From positions 64,001 through 128,000 of the forward strand of contig CAWBZV010000010.1 of the NCBI GenBank assembly GCA_963793305.1: a stretch of 64,000 bases of DNA. Reading direction: 5' to 3'. Made by a program: the position numbers and the translations under genes. A model generated the notes under the pieces. It made no database searches. It worked only from the letters and a program-made list of their open reading frames with translations, and was not told where the DNA came from. This DNA is from an uncultured Gemmatimonadales bacterium (GTDB lineage: Bacteria; Gemmatimonadota; Gemmatimonadetes; Gemmatimonadales; Gemmatimonadaceae). Below, in pieces: positions 10,330 through 19,958 of the stretch (positions are counted from its first letter, which is position 1; every line of letters begins with the position of its first letter).

Positions 10330-10775
10330 AGGCCATTCGCCATGATGCAGAACCCCGTCACCGCGAACCACACCATCGCGAGTCCGACGAACCCGGTGAA
10401 CGCCAACCACCAGGCGCTGTACACCATCGACAGCACCGAGGCAATCGAGATATTGATGCCGACGGCGAGATAGATACGACGCTCGAGATACCAGCGGTCG
10501 GTTTGCATCAGGTACCATTTCGACCCCGGCGCGGTCATCCCCAGCATTGGCGTGAAGCCCAGTCGCTTGAGGATGTTGCCGACGACGCAGAAGCCGGTCA
10601 GCGCGACCGTCACCGAGGCCGCTCCGGTCGCGATGATCAAGAAGGCCCACGTCGGATTGACGAGCGCCGACAGCGTCGTCGCCGTGAGCAGAACGATGCC
10701 GGCGATCAACCAGACCGTCCGCTCGATGTACCACCGGTTGGTGGGAACAATGTAGACGCCGGAACGGAACCTCAT
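10254..10775 (-). CDS. Tandem DUF2892 (YgaP-like) membrane protein
   Basis: Two internal repeats WY(I/L)ER...TGFC; ATGA-coupled to the hydrogenase protease. Confidence 0.75.
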   Translation of the reverse strand: MRFRSGVYIVPTNRWYIERTVWLIAGIVLLTATTLSALVNPTWAFLIIATGAASVTVALTGFCVVGNILKRLGFTPMLGMTAPGSKWYLMQTDRWYLERRIYLAVGINISIASVLSMVYSAWWLAFTGFVGLAMVWFAVTGFCIMANGLYWLGAEPRLAPAPDLRMRPASDSD

Positions 10776-11245
10776 GAAATGTCATGCCCCCATGCGATGA
10801 GTTGATGAACGACGGAGCGTATGAGACTCGGCAGACCGTCCTGTACGGCCGGGGAGAGACCAAGACCGACCGCCAGCCGGTCCGGCTGGAGCCCAAGCGC
10901 CCGCATCTCGGCCGGCCGGGTCCCTGTGAGATCGGCGAGCGCCAGCACATCACGCAGATCGATCTCGTGCGGCGACAACCGCATCGCGAAATGGCGCGGC
11001 AGATCATCACCGGCCAGTGTGATCGGATCACCGACGGGACGATTCGCGTCGATCGCGTCGACGAACAACACTCGCTTCGCCCCTTCGATCAGTGGCAACA
11101 ATCCAAGGCCGGCAGTGCCGCCGTCGACCAGTGACACGTCGGCCGGAAACGACCACTCCGCGCTCAACCGCGCGATCACCGCCGGTCCGAGCCCGTCATC
11201 ACCCATGAGCGGGTTCCCCAATCCCAGCACGAGCGTGTCACTCAT
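10772..11245 (-). CDS. hyaD: Hydrogenase maturation endopeptidase
   Basis: VLGLGNPLMGDDG.G, VDGGT, VDAI, SPHE. Confidence 0.92.
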   Translation of the reverse strand: MSDTLVLGLGNPLMGDDGLGPAVIARLSAEWSFPADVSLVDGGTAGLGLLPLIEGAKRVLFVDAIDANRPVGDPITLAGDDLPRHFAMRLSPHEIDLRDVLALADLTGTRPAEMRALGLQPDRLAVGLGLSPAVQDGLPSLIRSVVHQLIAWGHDIS

Positions 11246-11990
11246 CGACATACTCTTCCGAGGTCGACACGAACCGGCCGCCGCTGACAATGGACGTGAT
11301 CGTGCCCGAGCGCTCCATGATGTCGGATCGCGTCGCCAGATAGATGTGGATCGGGATGAAGAGGATGAAGAACCAGGTGAGCACGTGATGGACAACCCGC
11401 ACCATCTGGATGCCACCCAAGAGCGGAATTACCCAGGCGAAGGTCCGGAAGATCAGGCTTCCCGGCGCCGCCTGTCCGTACAGCGTGAATCCCGTGACGA
11501 TCATGACCAAGCCGACGACGTACACCAATGTGTAGGAGAACTGCTGCATCGGATTGTGGCCGAGGTAGTGCGGCCCTCGCTCCGGATGAATCATCAGGTA
11601 GTACTTGGTCATCCGAAAGAGATTGACCCAATCGCGCCCGCGCACCGGGAACAACGCCGCCAACCGCTCGAACTGGTTGCCGGCGAATAACCAATAGGCG
11701 CGTACGATCGCCGTCGCCACCAGCACACCGGCGGCGATGAAGTGGGCGAGGCGCACACCGCCCATGAGAAAGTGCGCGCTGGCTGGCCCGCTCGTCATGA
11801 AATACGGCCGGCCGATGTAGAACCCGGTGACGATCAGCACCACGATGCTGGCCGCCGCGCTCCAGTGCATGGCGCGAATCGGCCAGTGCCAGAGATAGAC
11901 CCACCGGTACTCGCCAGTTGGCGGCGGTATCGGGTGGGCGAGCGAGAAGTGCGCCTTGGCTCGCGTGCTCTTCTCCACGGGCGGAGTCAT
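11238..11990 (-). CDS. hyaC: [NiFe]-hydrogenase b-type cytochrome subunit
   Basis: WHWPIRAMHW, RLAHF, GHNPMQ, VHH...IHIY, ITSIVSG. Confidence 0.93.
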   Translation of the reverse strand: MTPPVEKSTRAKAHFSLAHPIPPPTGEYRWVYLWHWPIRAMHWSAAASIVVLIVTGFYIGRPYFMTSGPASAHFLMGGVRLAHFIAAGVLVATAIVRAYWLFAGNQFERLAALFPVRGRDWVNLFRMTKYYLMIHPERGPHYLGHNPMQQFSYTLVYVVGLVMIVTGFTLYGQAAPGSLIFRTFAWVIPLLGGIQMVRVVHHVLTWFFILFIPIHIYLATRSDIMERSGTITSIVSGGRFVSTSEEYVDE

Positions 11991-13702
11991 TGGACCGTTA
12001 CCCGCGTGATCAGCTCGCCCGTCGCGTCGAGCACATGGACCCCGCATGCCATGCACGGATCGAACGAGTGGATCGTGCGCAGGATCTCGAGCGGCTGATC
12101 GGGTTTCTGTAACGGATGATGATCGACGAGCGCCGCCTCGTACGGCCCCAACTGCCCTTGCGCATCCCGTGGGGAGCAATTCCAGGTGCTCGGCACCACG
12201 CACTGGTATCGCGAGATCTTGCCATCCTCGATCCGCACCCAGTGCCCGAGCGCGCCGCGCGGCGCGTCGAGATACCCGTACCCCTGTGACGTCTTGCTCC
12301 ACGTCGACGGCTCCCACTTCGCGCCGGCGAACGTCTGGTGATCGCCATTGGCGATCCGGCTCACGAGCGCCGCATACCAGACGCGCAACCGCCGGGCCAG
12401 GAGCAGCGTCTCCATCCCTCGCGCCGCGGTCCGGCCGAGCGTCGAGAACAGTGCCGGTGCACCGACTCCGAGTTTGCCAAGCGTCTCGTCGACCAGCGGC
12501 TTGACGTCGGCGTGGTTCGACGCGTAGGCCACGAGCATGCGGGCCAACGGCCCGACCTCCATCGCCTTGCCGTTGTACCGCGGCGCCTTCATCCACGTGT
12601 ACTTCTGCTCGTCCTGCAAGTAGCGCCAGGGCGGCTTCGGCCCCGTATAGTGCGGCGTCGTCTCGCCATCGTAGGGATGGAGCCCTTTCTCATTCCCGCC
12701 CGAGTAATCGTACCACGCGCTATGGATGTACTCGGCGATCCCGTGATGATCGTACGGCTCGACCTTGCTCAGGTCAGCGCCCATGATGATGCCGCGCGGG
12801 AAATAGAGCGTGTTGAGATCGCGCACGTCGCCATCGGGAAACTCACCCACGGCCATATAGTTGCGCGTCCCGCCGCCGATCGAGGCCCACTCTTTATAGA
12901 AGCCGGCAATCGCCACCAGATCGGGCCAGTAGACCTGCTCGACGAACCGCTGCGCGCGGTCGATCATGTCGCTGATCTCGATGAGCCGGGCCGCGTTGAT
13001 CATCCCCGCGCCATCCGGGTTGATCGCGGAGGCCATGCCGCCGACGAGAAAGTTCGGATGCGGGTTCTTGCCACCAAAGATCGTGTGCAAGCGAACGACG
13101 TCGCGCTGCCAATCGAGGGCCTCCAAATAGTGCGCGAGCGCGAGGAGGTTGACCTCCGGCGGGAGCTTGTACGCCGGGTGTCCCCAGTACCCATTGCTGA
13201 AGATCCCGAGCTGGCCGCCGGAGACGAACTTCTTGATCCGCGCCTGCACCTCGCCGAAATACGTCGGCGAATTATTGGGCCACGGGGAGATCGACGCCGC
13301 GATCTTCGCCGTTCCGGCCGGATTGGCCGATAGCGCGCTCACGACATCGACCCAATCCAACGCGTGCAAGTGATAGAAATGCATCACGTGATCGTGCACG
13401 AACTGCATGCCGACGACGAGATTCCGAATCAGGTTCGCGGCCGGCGGGATGCGGATGTCGAGCGCCTCCTCCACGGCGCGGCACGACGCGACCGCGTGCA
13501 CCACGGTGCAGACCCCGCAGATGCGCTGCGCGAACGCCCACGCGTCCCGCGGATCGCGCCCCTGGATCACGGTCTCGATGCCGCGAAACTGCGTCGACGA
13601 GGCCCATGCGTTGCTGATGCGCCCGTCCTCCGTCTGCACTTCGATGCGGAGGTGACCTTCGATCCGCGTCAGCGGGTCGACAACGACTTTAGTGACTGGC
13701 AT
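11987..13702 (-). CDS. hyaB: Group 1 [NiFe]-hydrogenase large subunit
   Basis: DPLTRIEGH, L1 motif QRICGVCTVVH, L2 motif SFDPCMACGVH, cleavable C-terminal tail. Confidence 0.97.
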   Translation of the reverse strand: MPVTKVVVDPLTRIEGHLRIEVQTEDGRISNAWASSTQFRGIETVIQGRDPRDAWAFAQRICGVCTVVHAVASCRAVEEALDIRIPPAANLIRNLVVGMQFVHDHVMHFYHLHALDWVDVVSALSANPAGTAKIAASISPWPNNSPTYFGEVQARIKKFVSGGQLGIFSNGYWGHPAYKLPPEVNLLALAHYLEALDWQRDVVRLHTIFGGKNPHPNFLVGGMASAINPDGAGMINAARLIEISDMIDRAQRFVEQVYWPDLVAIAGFYKEWASIGGGTRNYMAVGEFPDGDVRDLNTLYFPRGIIMGADLSKVEPYDHHGIAEYIHSAWYDYSGGNEKGLHPYDGETTPHYTGPKPPWRYLQDEQKYTWMKAPRYNGKAMEVGPLARMLVAYASNHADVKPLVDETLGKLGVGAPALFSTLGRTAARGMETLLLARRLRVWYAALVSRIANGDHQTFAGAKWEPSTWSKTSQGYGYLDAPRGALGHWVRIEDGKISRYQCVVPSTWNCSPRDAQGQLGPYEAALVDHHPLQKPDQPLEILRTIHSFDPCMACGVHVLDATGELITRVTVQ

Positions 13703-14819
13703 CGGGTTTTGTCTCCTCCGTCGCGCGCCGGCGCGTCTGAATCTGGTGAATGCCAGTCGCGGCGGCGTGCGCCGCGATGCCCGCGACCACGCCGATCGCG
13801 GCGGCGGCGCCGAACAGATCGGCCGTGCGCTCGACGCCGAACCCGGCGACGTTCGGCAAGCGGCCGTAGAACGGCGTCATCGTGTCCCAGAAATGCGGTT
13901 CGGTGCAACCGAGACAGGGATAGCCAGCGCCGATCGGCCAGCTGGTCCGCTCATTCCAGAGAAACGTCGGACACGGCGAGAACGTCGCCGGGCCCTTGCA
14001 GCCCACCTTGTACAAGCACCACCCCGCCTTCGCCGCGTCGTCATCAAATTGCTCCACAAACTGGCCCGCGTCGTAGTGCGCGCGACGTGGGCACGCGTCG
14101 TGGATCAACTCCCGGTACGCGAACAGTGGACGCCCCTCGCTGTCAGTATCCGGCAGCTTCCCAAATGTCAGGTAGTGCACGAGCGTCGCCGTCACGACAT
14201 CGCTGATCGGCGGGCAGCCGGCGATGTTCACGACCTGCCGATCCTTCAGGATATCACGAACGCCGACGGCGCCAGTCGGATTCGGGCGCGCGGCCTGTAC
14301 ACTGCCCCAGTGGGCGCACGCGCCAACAGCCACGATCGCCGCTGCGCCGGCCGCTGCCTCGACGAGGATATCCTGCACCGTGCGTCCCGCGATCGTCGTG
14401 TAGATCCCACCGTCTTTCGTCGGAATGGATCCGGTCACCAGCAGCACGTACTGACCGTGATTCGCTTGCATCGCGCTGTGCAACGCGCTCTCGGCCGCCT
14501 CGCCGGCGGCCGCCATCAGGTTCTCCTGAAAGTCGAGCGAGATGAGCCCGAGTATGAGGTCGCCGATCGTCGGGTCGGACGACCGCAGAACAGACTCGGT
14601 GCAGCCGGTGCATTCCTGCAACGACAGCCAGACGACGCTCGGCCGGCGCTGTGCTTCGAGCGCGGCGGCGACGCGCGGCAAGACCGTGGCGCCGAGCCCG
14701 AGCATCGCGGCCATCTGGCCGCAAAACTCGACAAACTCGCGGCGCGTGTAGCCCCGGCGCTCGAGATGGCCGCTGAGCGTCTCGCCCTCGACCCATGGTT
14801 CACGCGACGGATAGAGCAC
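13689..14819 (-). CDS. hyaA: Group 1 [NiFe]-hydrogenase small subunit
   Basis: Tat motif TRREFVEFC, ECTGCTES, GCPP, HDACPRR, CLYKVGCKGP, CLGC, C-terminal TM anchor. Confidence 0.96.
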   Translation of the reverse strand: MLYPSREPWVEGETLSGHLERRGYTRREFVEFCGQMAAMLGLGATVLPRVAAALEAQRRPSVVWLSLQECTGCTESVLRSSDPTIGDLILGLISLDFQENLMAAAGEAAESALHSAMQANHGQYVLLVTGSIPTKDGGIYTTIAGRTVQDILVEAAAGAAAIVAVGACAHWGSVQAARPNPTGAVGVRDILKDRQVVNIAGCPPISDVVTATLVHYLTFGKLPDTDSEGRPLFAYRELIHDACPRRAHYDAGQFVEQFDDDAAKAGWCLYKVGCKGPATFSPCPTFLWNERTSWPIGAGYPCLGCTEPHFWDTMTPFYGRLPNVAGFGVERTADLFGAAAAIGVVAGIAAHAAATGIHQIQTRRRATEETKPDASH

Positions 14820-14877
14820 GGTCTACCTCCGGAGGCAGGGGCTTGACGCCCGCTCGCGCGGCGTCATAGCGTGGGGG

Positions 14878-15306
14878 ATGACGAGAGACGTGAGAATTCG
14901 CTCGCTTGGTGAGACGGTCGCGATCGCCGCGGTCATCGTGCTGCTCATGACCCTGGTATTCATCGAGCTCCGACGGCCGAGCCCAGCCGAGACGGCGCCC
15001 GCCGCCACCACCGCCGCTCCGGCGCAACGCGCGACCCCGGCGCTGCCGCCAACGACGCGCGCCGCGCTGGACGCCGGCAACACCGAGTTCCGCGCCAAGC
15101 AGTACGCCGCGGCACTCGGCCACTATCGTCTGGCCGCCCTCAGCTCGCCCGGCGAGGCAGCCCCCTTCTACGGGATCTACATGGCCGCACAGGCGCTCAA
15201 CAACAGACCGCTCGCGGACAGCGCGGTGGCCGAGATCCGCGGCCGCACGGGTGGCACGGGGCCGTTCAACGATACCTCGCTCAGGGCGCTGCACGGCACG
15301 CGCTAG
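14878..15306 (+). CDS. Hypothetical membrane-anchored TPR-like protein
   Basis: N-terminal TM helix, Ala/Pro linker, TPR-like GNTEFRAKQYAAALGHY...YGIYMAA. Confidence 0.55.
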   Translation: MTRDVRIRSLGETVAIAAVIVLLMTLVFIELRRPSPAETAPAATTAAPAQRATPALPPTTRAALDAGNTEFRAKQYAAALGHYRLAALSSPGEAAPFYGIYMAAQALNNRPLADSAVAEIRGRTGGTGPFNDTSLRALHGTR

Positions 15307-15308
15307 CA

Positions 15309-16715
15309 TTAGGGAGCCACTCCGAACGGATCGCTGATGTGGCAGACGAGGCAGATGGAACGATTGCGTTCCCACATCCGGCGGGCGTCGAAGTTCGGGC
15401 CGTGCGGATTCACATGGCCGCCGATGTCCGAGTGGCACGCAACGCAATCGCGCTCCTGATGACAGCTCGTGCACGTCGCCAGATCGCGGCGCGCCGCCTG
15501 GCCATGCTGCAACAGCCAGAGCGGCTCCGCCGTGTGAAACGCGATGTTGCGATTGGCGCGCGAGGCGATCCCGACGTTCATGTGACACGTCCGGCAGAAC
15601 GACTCGGTGTTGTGACACTTAGCGCAGTCGATCTGCCGCGCGTACGAGTCCGCGGCATGATGGGCCATGAAGTTCGCCGGATGGAAGCCCCGGGTCGTGC
15701 GGCCGGCGTGGCACGAGACGCAGAAGACCTGTTGCTCGTGGCACCCGGCGCAGTTCATCTGACGGGTCGACGCCGCAGGCCCGTGTGACGTGACGAATCC
15801 CGACGGATGCACGCGCGAGACATACATGACACCCACGCCGGCCGGACCCGCACCGGTCGGCGCCGGCAGTCGCGCGATGACCGCCGGCGCTTCCCGGCCG
15901 GCGTGACACGACGCGCAACTCGGCCGCGTATGACAGTTCGCGCACTGGGCGATATTCGTGCGCGCGGCACTCCCGTGATCGTACGGCCACGACGCGGCCG
16001 TGTGACTCGGTGGCCGCGGGTACTCGGCGGGGCGGCCAGCCATAAGCCGCGCGACACGAGTATCCCGCGCCAGCGTCGCGATCGCCGGCACCGCGGCGCC
16101 ATTGAAATGGCATCGCTCGCAGCTCTCGCGCGCGTGGCACGTGGCGCACTGCGCCTGCTCGGCCGGCGACGTCGGCGCGTGCGCGAGGACAAAATCGTCC
16201 GCGCGGTGCGAGGCCGGCTTGTCGAACGCCGCGATCTGCCGCTCGGTGAGCGCGCTTGCTTCCGTCAATGGGACGTGACACGTCGCGCAAACGGCCTGCG
16301 GCGCCAGATGCTCGGCAACGCGATGCGCATGGCAATCGATGCACAGCGCCGGCTGCGCGCGCGCGACGTCCATCCACACGACCTGCCCGCGCTGCGCCGT
16401 GTGACACGACATGCAATCCAGCGAGTCGCCGGTACCACTGGTACGGCGGTAATGCTCCGCGTGGTCGAAGATCACATTCGTCGCGACGCGGCGAGGCCCG
16501 CTCCACGGCACCTCCTTGAGCTCGCGCCCAGTATGGCACCCTTGGCAGGACGCCGCTGTCGGGAAAAGCCTGGCACTGTCGCCGGACGCGATGCCGGCGT
16601 GACAGCCGAGGCAGGTTGGAAAGACCTTGGCGTGGCGGGCGTGCGGAAAGCCCTGGTCGTCCTGACGGAGCCCCCACGTCAACGCCAGCACGATGGCGGC
16701 GATCGTCCAGCGCAT
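15309..16715 (-). CDS. Exported 16-heme c-type cytochrome
   Basis: 16 CxxCH motifs counted by eye, many paired in the C-terminal half; N-terminal signal-like segment. Confidence 0.92.
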   Translation of the reverse strand: MRWTIAAIVLALTWGLRQDDQGFPHARHAKVFPTCLGCHAGIASGDSARLFPTAASCQGCHTGRELKEVPWSGPRRVATNVIFDHAEHYRRTSGTGDSLDCMSCHTAQRGQVVWMDVARAQPALCIDCHAHRVAEHLAPQAVCATCHVPLTEASALTERQIAAFDKPASHRADDFVLAHAPTSPAEQAQCATCHARESCERCHFNGAAVPAIATLARDTRVARLMAGRPAEYPRPPSHTAASWPYDHGSAARTNIAQCANCHTRPSCASCHAGREAPAVIARLPAPTGAGPAGVGVMYVSRVHPSGFVTSHGPAASTRQMNCAGCHEQQVFCVSCHAGRTTRGFHPANFMAHHAADSYARQIDCAKCHNTESFCRTCHMNVGIASRANRNIAFHTAEPLWLLQHGQAARRDLATCTSCHQERDCVACHSDIGGHVNPHGPNFDARRMWERNRSICLVCHISDPFGVAP

Positions 16716-18154
16716 CACCGCAACCCCGGATCGCGGCCCAACGTCCACTCAAGCCGAAACGACGCCCGCGTCTGATTCCAGTTGGTGATCTGCGGCGTCT
16801 CGCCGCCAACGTAGCGATAGATCCCCACGTCGGCGATCGCGCTCAACCCGGCGAGGATCTCGACGCTGCCCGCGAGTCCCACACCGAGCACCTGCCCCGT
16901 GCCGACCTGAAACTCATACAGGGTCTCGGAGGCGCTGCCGGTGAGGTCGATCGATGTATGCGCCGTCGGCGTCCAGCGCAGGCCTCCGCTGGCATCGTCC
17001 AGTGTCGCGCCCGAGCCGTACAGGAGGCGATACTCACCGTGCACGGTCCATTTCGGGATGAACCGCCACGAGCCGGTCGCGTCGACGTCCCAGCCGCTAT
17101 TGACGAGTGGCAGAAAATTGACCCCGGCGTTTGCCTGATCGTACCGTCGCGCTCCGCCGCTGAGGCTGAACGCAAAGCGCTGATCGGTGCTGCCCCACGC
17201 CGCACCCAGTCGCTCCTCGGTGTAACCCACGGGAGCAAACACGCCCCAGATCGTCCACAGGTCGAAGTACGGCGAGTAGCGCCGCACCTCGGCATCGACG
17301 TGGAACCCCAGTCCGAGCGGCGCCTGCGCCCGAATGTGCGCGTCGTTGAACGTGCCGGTCGCGAGGTCATACTGCAGGCCGCCGCTCAGATCCAGGCGCG
17401 CGAACCGAACGTCGCCATCGGCCGCGAACCGGTCAGAGTAGAGACCGGCGGCGTCGGTGCGAAGCTCGCGCTGATACTGCACGTCGAACGACGCTTGCGG
17501 GACGGGCCGGATCTCGAGCTGTGCGCCGAGCAGATACGACCCCTCGTTCGGCGCCAGCGGCTCGATCGTCGTGACGGCCGAGCTGGTCACCGTGGCGTTG
17601 AGCCCCGGAACGAGGCTTCGACCGCCGTACACGTTGACCGACAACTGATCGATCGGCCGGACCAGGACCGATCCGCCGTCATAGTTATAGTAGCCCAACC
17701 CCGACTGGATCCACGCTCGTCCGGCCTGGACCCGAAAACGGTCACTATCGTATTCCAAGTAGCCGCTCAACACCTCGAACGAGTTGGCCTGAGGGAAGAT
17801 TTCCGACGCGCTGCCACCGGCCGTGCTGCCTCGGACGCTCACGTACGCGGAGAGGCCTGGCACGAGCCCCCACGCGCTCACATCGAGGGCCTGATAGGCC
17901 GGAATCGTGCTGACCCGCGGCGCCGAGCGCACGTACTGGCAGTACGCGTCGCCGCTAATGCACTCGACGATGATGCCGTTGGCCGTGCGACGCAGGAGAC
18001 CACTGTCCTGGGTCGCGGCGATCGGCACGCTGTCCTGAACCATCGGCTGAACGTCGACATACTCGACGACCGACGTGCCGGAGATCCGCACTCCCTGCGC
18101 GCCGAGCGGTCCAGCGCTCAATAGCATCGCCAGCGCGATGCCCCGCCCCGTCAT
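16715..18154 (-). CDS. Putative outer-membrane beta-barrel (porin of a porin-cytochrome complex)
   Basis: Signal peptide (..PLGA/Q), Gly/aromatic-rich amphipathic strands, terminal RASFRLEWTLG; translationally coupled between two multiheme genes. Confidence 0.75.
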   Translation of the reverse strand: MTGRGIALAMLLSAGPLGAQGVRISGTSVVEYVDVQPMVQDSVPIAATQDSGLLRRTANGIIVECISGDAYCQYVRSAPRVSTIPAYQALDVSAWGLVPGLSAYVSVRGSTAGGSASEIFPQANSFEVLSGYLEYDSDRFRVQAGRAWIQSGLGYYNYDGGSVLVRPIDQLSVNVYGGRSLVPGLNATVTSSAVTTIEPLAPNEGSYLLGAQLEIRPVPQASFDVQYQRELRTDAAGLYSDRFAADGDVRFARLDLSGGLQYDLATGTFNDAHIRAQAPLGLGFHVDAEVRRYSPYFDLWTIWGVFAPVGYTEERLGAAWGSTDQRFAFSLSGGARRYDQANAGVNFLPLVNSGWDVDATGSWRFIPKWTVHGEYRLLYGSGATLDDASGGLRWTPTAHTSIDLTGSASETLYEFQVGTGQVLGVGLAGSVEILAGLSAIADVGIYRYVGGETPQITNWNQTRASFRLEWTLGRDPGLR

Positions 18155-19956
18155 GACCCCGTTCCGTGCTGCCACTCGACTTGATGACAGCCGGCACATT
18201 CACGTCCGGGATGGTGGTCGACGAGCGTCTGGTGACACACCAAGCAGACATTGCGCACCGGTGGGAGCGCGGCCGAGGCCGCATCCTGGTGGCAACCGCT
18301 GGTCGCGCAGCCGCGATGGGCGCTGCGCGTATGCGCGGTCTTCTCTGGCGCATGGCACCCGCGGCAGTTGACGGGGTGGATGTTGGGCCCTGCCACATGG
18401 TGGTCGACGTGGCATGACTCGCAGTCGCGAGACGGCTCGAGCGTCACGGGTGTGTCGTGACACCGCGCGCAGGCAACCGACGTGTGCGCCGAGTGAGCGA
18501 ACGTGAGGTTGCGTGCGTGAGGGGTCGGGTTCACCGACGAGCGGAAGACCGTCGGCACAATGGCACGCGCCGATATCTCGGCTGGCACATGGCAGCCGGT
18601 ACAGGCGGTCGTGTGGTCGGCCGCATGATGGCAGGATTGGCAATCGCGGACGCTGTGCAGCGCGATCTCGCCGTGCCGGTGCTCGCTCGAGTGACAACTC
18701 GTGCAGGCCACGTTTGGGTGACGCTGGTGCGAGAACGGCGGCAGCGAATCGGCTGCAGGGAGAAACGCGGCCGGTCTAAACACTGGCGGAGCACGGGCAG
18801 CGGCTCGCGTCTCATCGCCATGACTCATGATGTCGCGATGGCACGTGAGGCACGCATTGGCGCTCACGGTCCAGGTGTGCGCCTTGTGGCAGCTCTCGCA
18901 GTTCGCCAGCACTTGGGGCGCCAGCCCTTTGTGCAGCGGCGTCAGCGTATCGGGGCGCACGTGACAGCCCGCGTTGGTACACGTGGTGGCCGCCGCCTGC
19001 GGCGTAGTCTGCGTATGCGGGTTGTGACACCAGCCGCACTGTCCCCGGTGCGGGTCGCGCGCTGGATCGAAGTTGGCCAGCACTTTCTGCATCGCATGAC
19101 ACCCGAAGCACTCGTTGCCGCCGGGCACCAGGGCGCGGTGAGCGGAGTCGGGCGACACATGGAGGCCGACGCGCCGGGTGAAGGCGTGGCACGTCACGCA
19201 GTGCATTTGCGTCTGCATCGCCATCTTGCCGAGATGGATCTCGGTGTGCTCATGACAACCAGACTGACCACACGTCTGCTGGATCGGGAGAAAGCGGTGC
19301 AGCTCGACACCGTGGCAGGTCGTGCATTGCATATTGCGCAGCGACCCCGTGTCGTTCTCCAGATGAACGCGATGCCCCGCGGTCGCCAGGATCTGCTTCC
19401 AGATGCTGTCCGGACGATCTTGGTTGTGGCAGCGGAGGCACGCGCGGTTCGGCACCTTCGCGTGCGGCGGAATCGACTGGGGGCGCTCGGCGATCTGATA
19501 ATAGACCTGCTTGACGTCCGCGATGATGCCCTGCTGATGGCAGTCGTGGCACTCGAGCTGCTTGTGCTCGCTGCCTTGGAAGCGGCTGTACGCCGGGACC
19601 ATGACGTGACAGGCGACGCAGAAATCGTTGCTGTGTTGCGTGTAATTCCAGCTCGCGGCGCTAAACATCGCTGCGCCGACGAGGCAGAGGCCCGCCGCTG
19701 CGGCGAGGCCGATCAGGACTGGACGTGAGCGTGAGCGAAGCCACGCGATGATCGCGGTCCGGTGCCGCCAGAGGAGCCAGGCGATCCCCGCCGCGGCGAG
19801 GACGCCCACCACGAACACCGTGATCTGCACCCACGACGGGAGATTGAACGCGAACCGAAAGAGTGCCGCGACGCCGCCGGGCAACGGCGAGCGCACGACC
19901 ACCGAGTCCAGCGCAACGGTATCGCCCGGTAGCCGTTGCGGGAGCAACCCGCTCAC
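18151..19956 (-). CDS. Membrane-anchored multiheme cytochrome with NapC/NirT-like N-terminus (17 CxxCH + 3 CX4CH)
   Basis: Two TM helices, then YTQHSNDFCVACHVM...SEH...CHDCH; CGQSGCH, CTNAGCH and CATSGCH. Confidence 0.9.
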   Translation of the reverse strand: MSGLLPQRLPGDTVALDSVVVRSPLPGGVAALFRFAFNLPSWVQITVFVVGVLAAAGIAWLLWRHRTAIIAWLRSRSRPVLIGLAAAAGLCLVGAAMFSAASWNYTQHSNDFCVACHVMVPAYSRFQGSEHKQLECHDCHQQGIIADVKQVYYQIAERPQSIPPHAKVPNRACLRCHNQDRPDSIWKQILATAGHRVHLENDTGSLRNMQCTTCHGVELHRFLPIQQTCGQSGCHEHTEIHLGKMAMQTQMHCVTCHAFTRRVGLHVSPDSAHRALVPGGNECFGCHAMQKVLANFDPARDPHRGQCGWCHNPHTQTTPQAAATTCTNAGCHVRPDTLTPLHKGLAPQVLANCESCHKAHTWTVSANACLTCHRDIMSHGDETRAAARAPPVFRPAAFLPAADSLPPFSHQRHPNVACTSCHSSEHRHGEIALHSVRDCQSCHHAADHTTACTGCHVPAEISARAIVPTVFRSSVNPTPHARNLTFAHSAHTSVACARCHDTPVTLEPSRDCESCHVDHHVAGPNIHPVNCRGCHAPEKTAHTRSAHRGCATSGCHQDAASAALPPVRNVCLVCHQTLVDHHPGRECAGCHQVEWQHGTGS

Positions 19957-19958
19957 GT

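Noticed and set aside
14830..14848. Possible operator upstream of the hydrogenase operon
   Set aside because: Only one arm (CTTGAC) matches, which is too weak to call by eye
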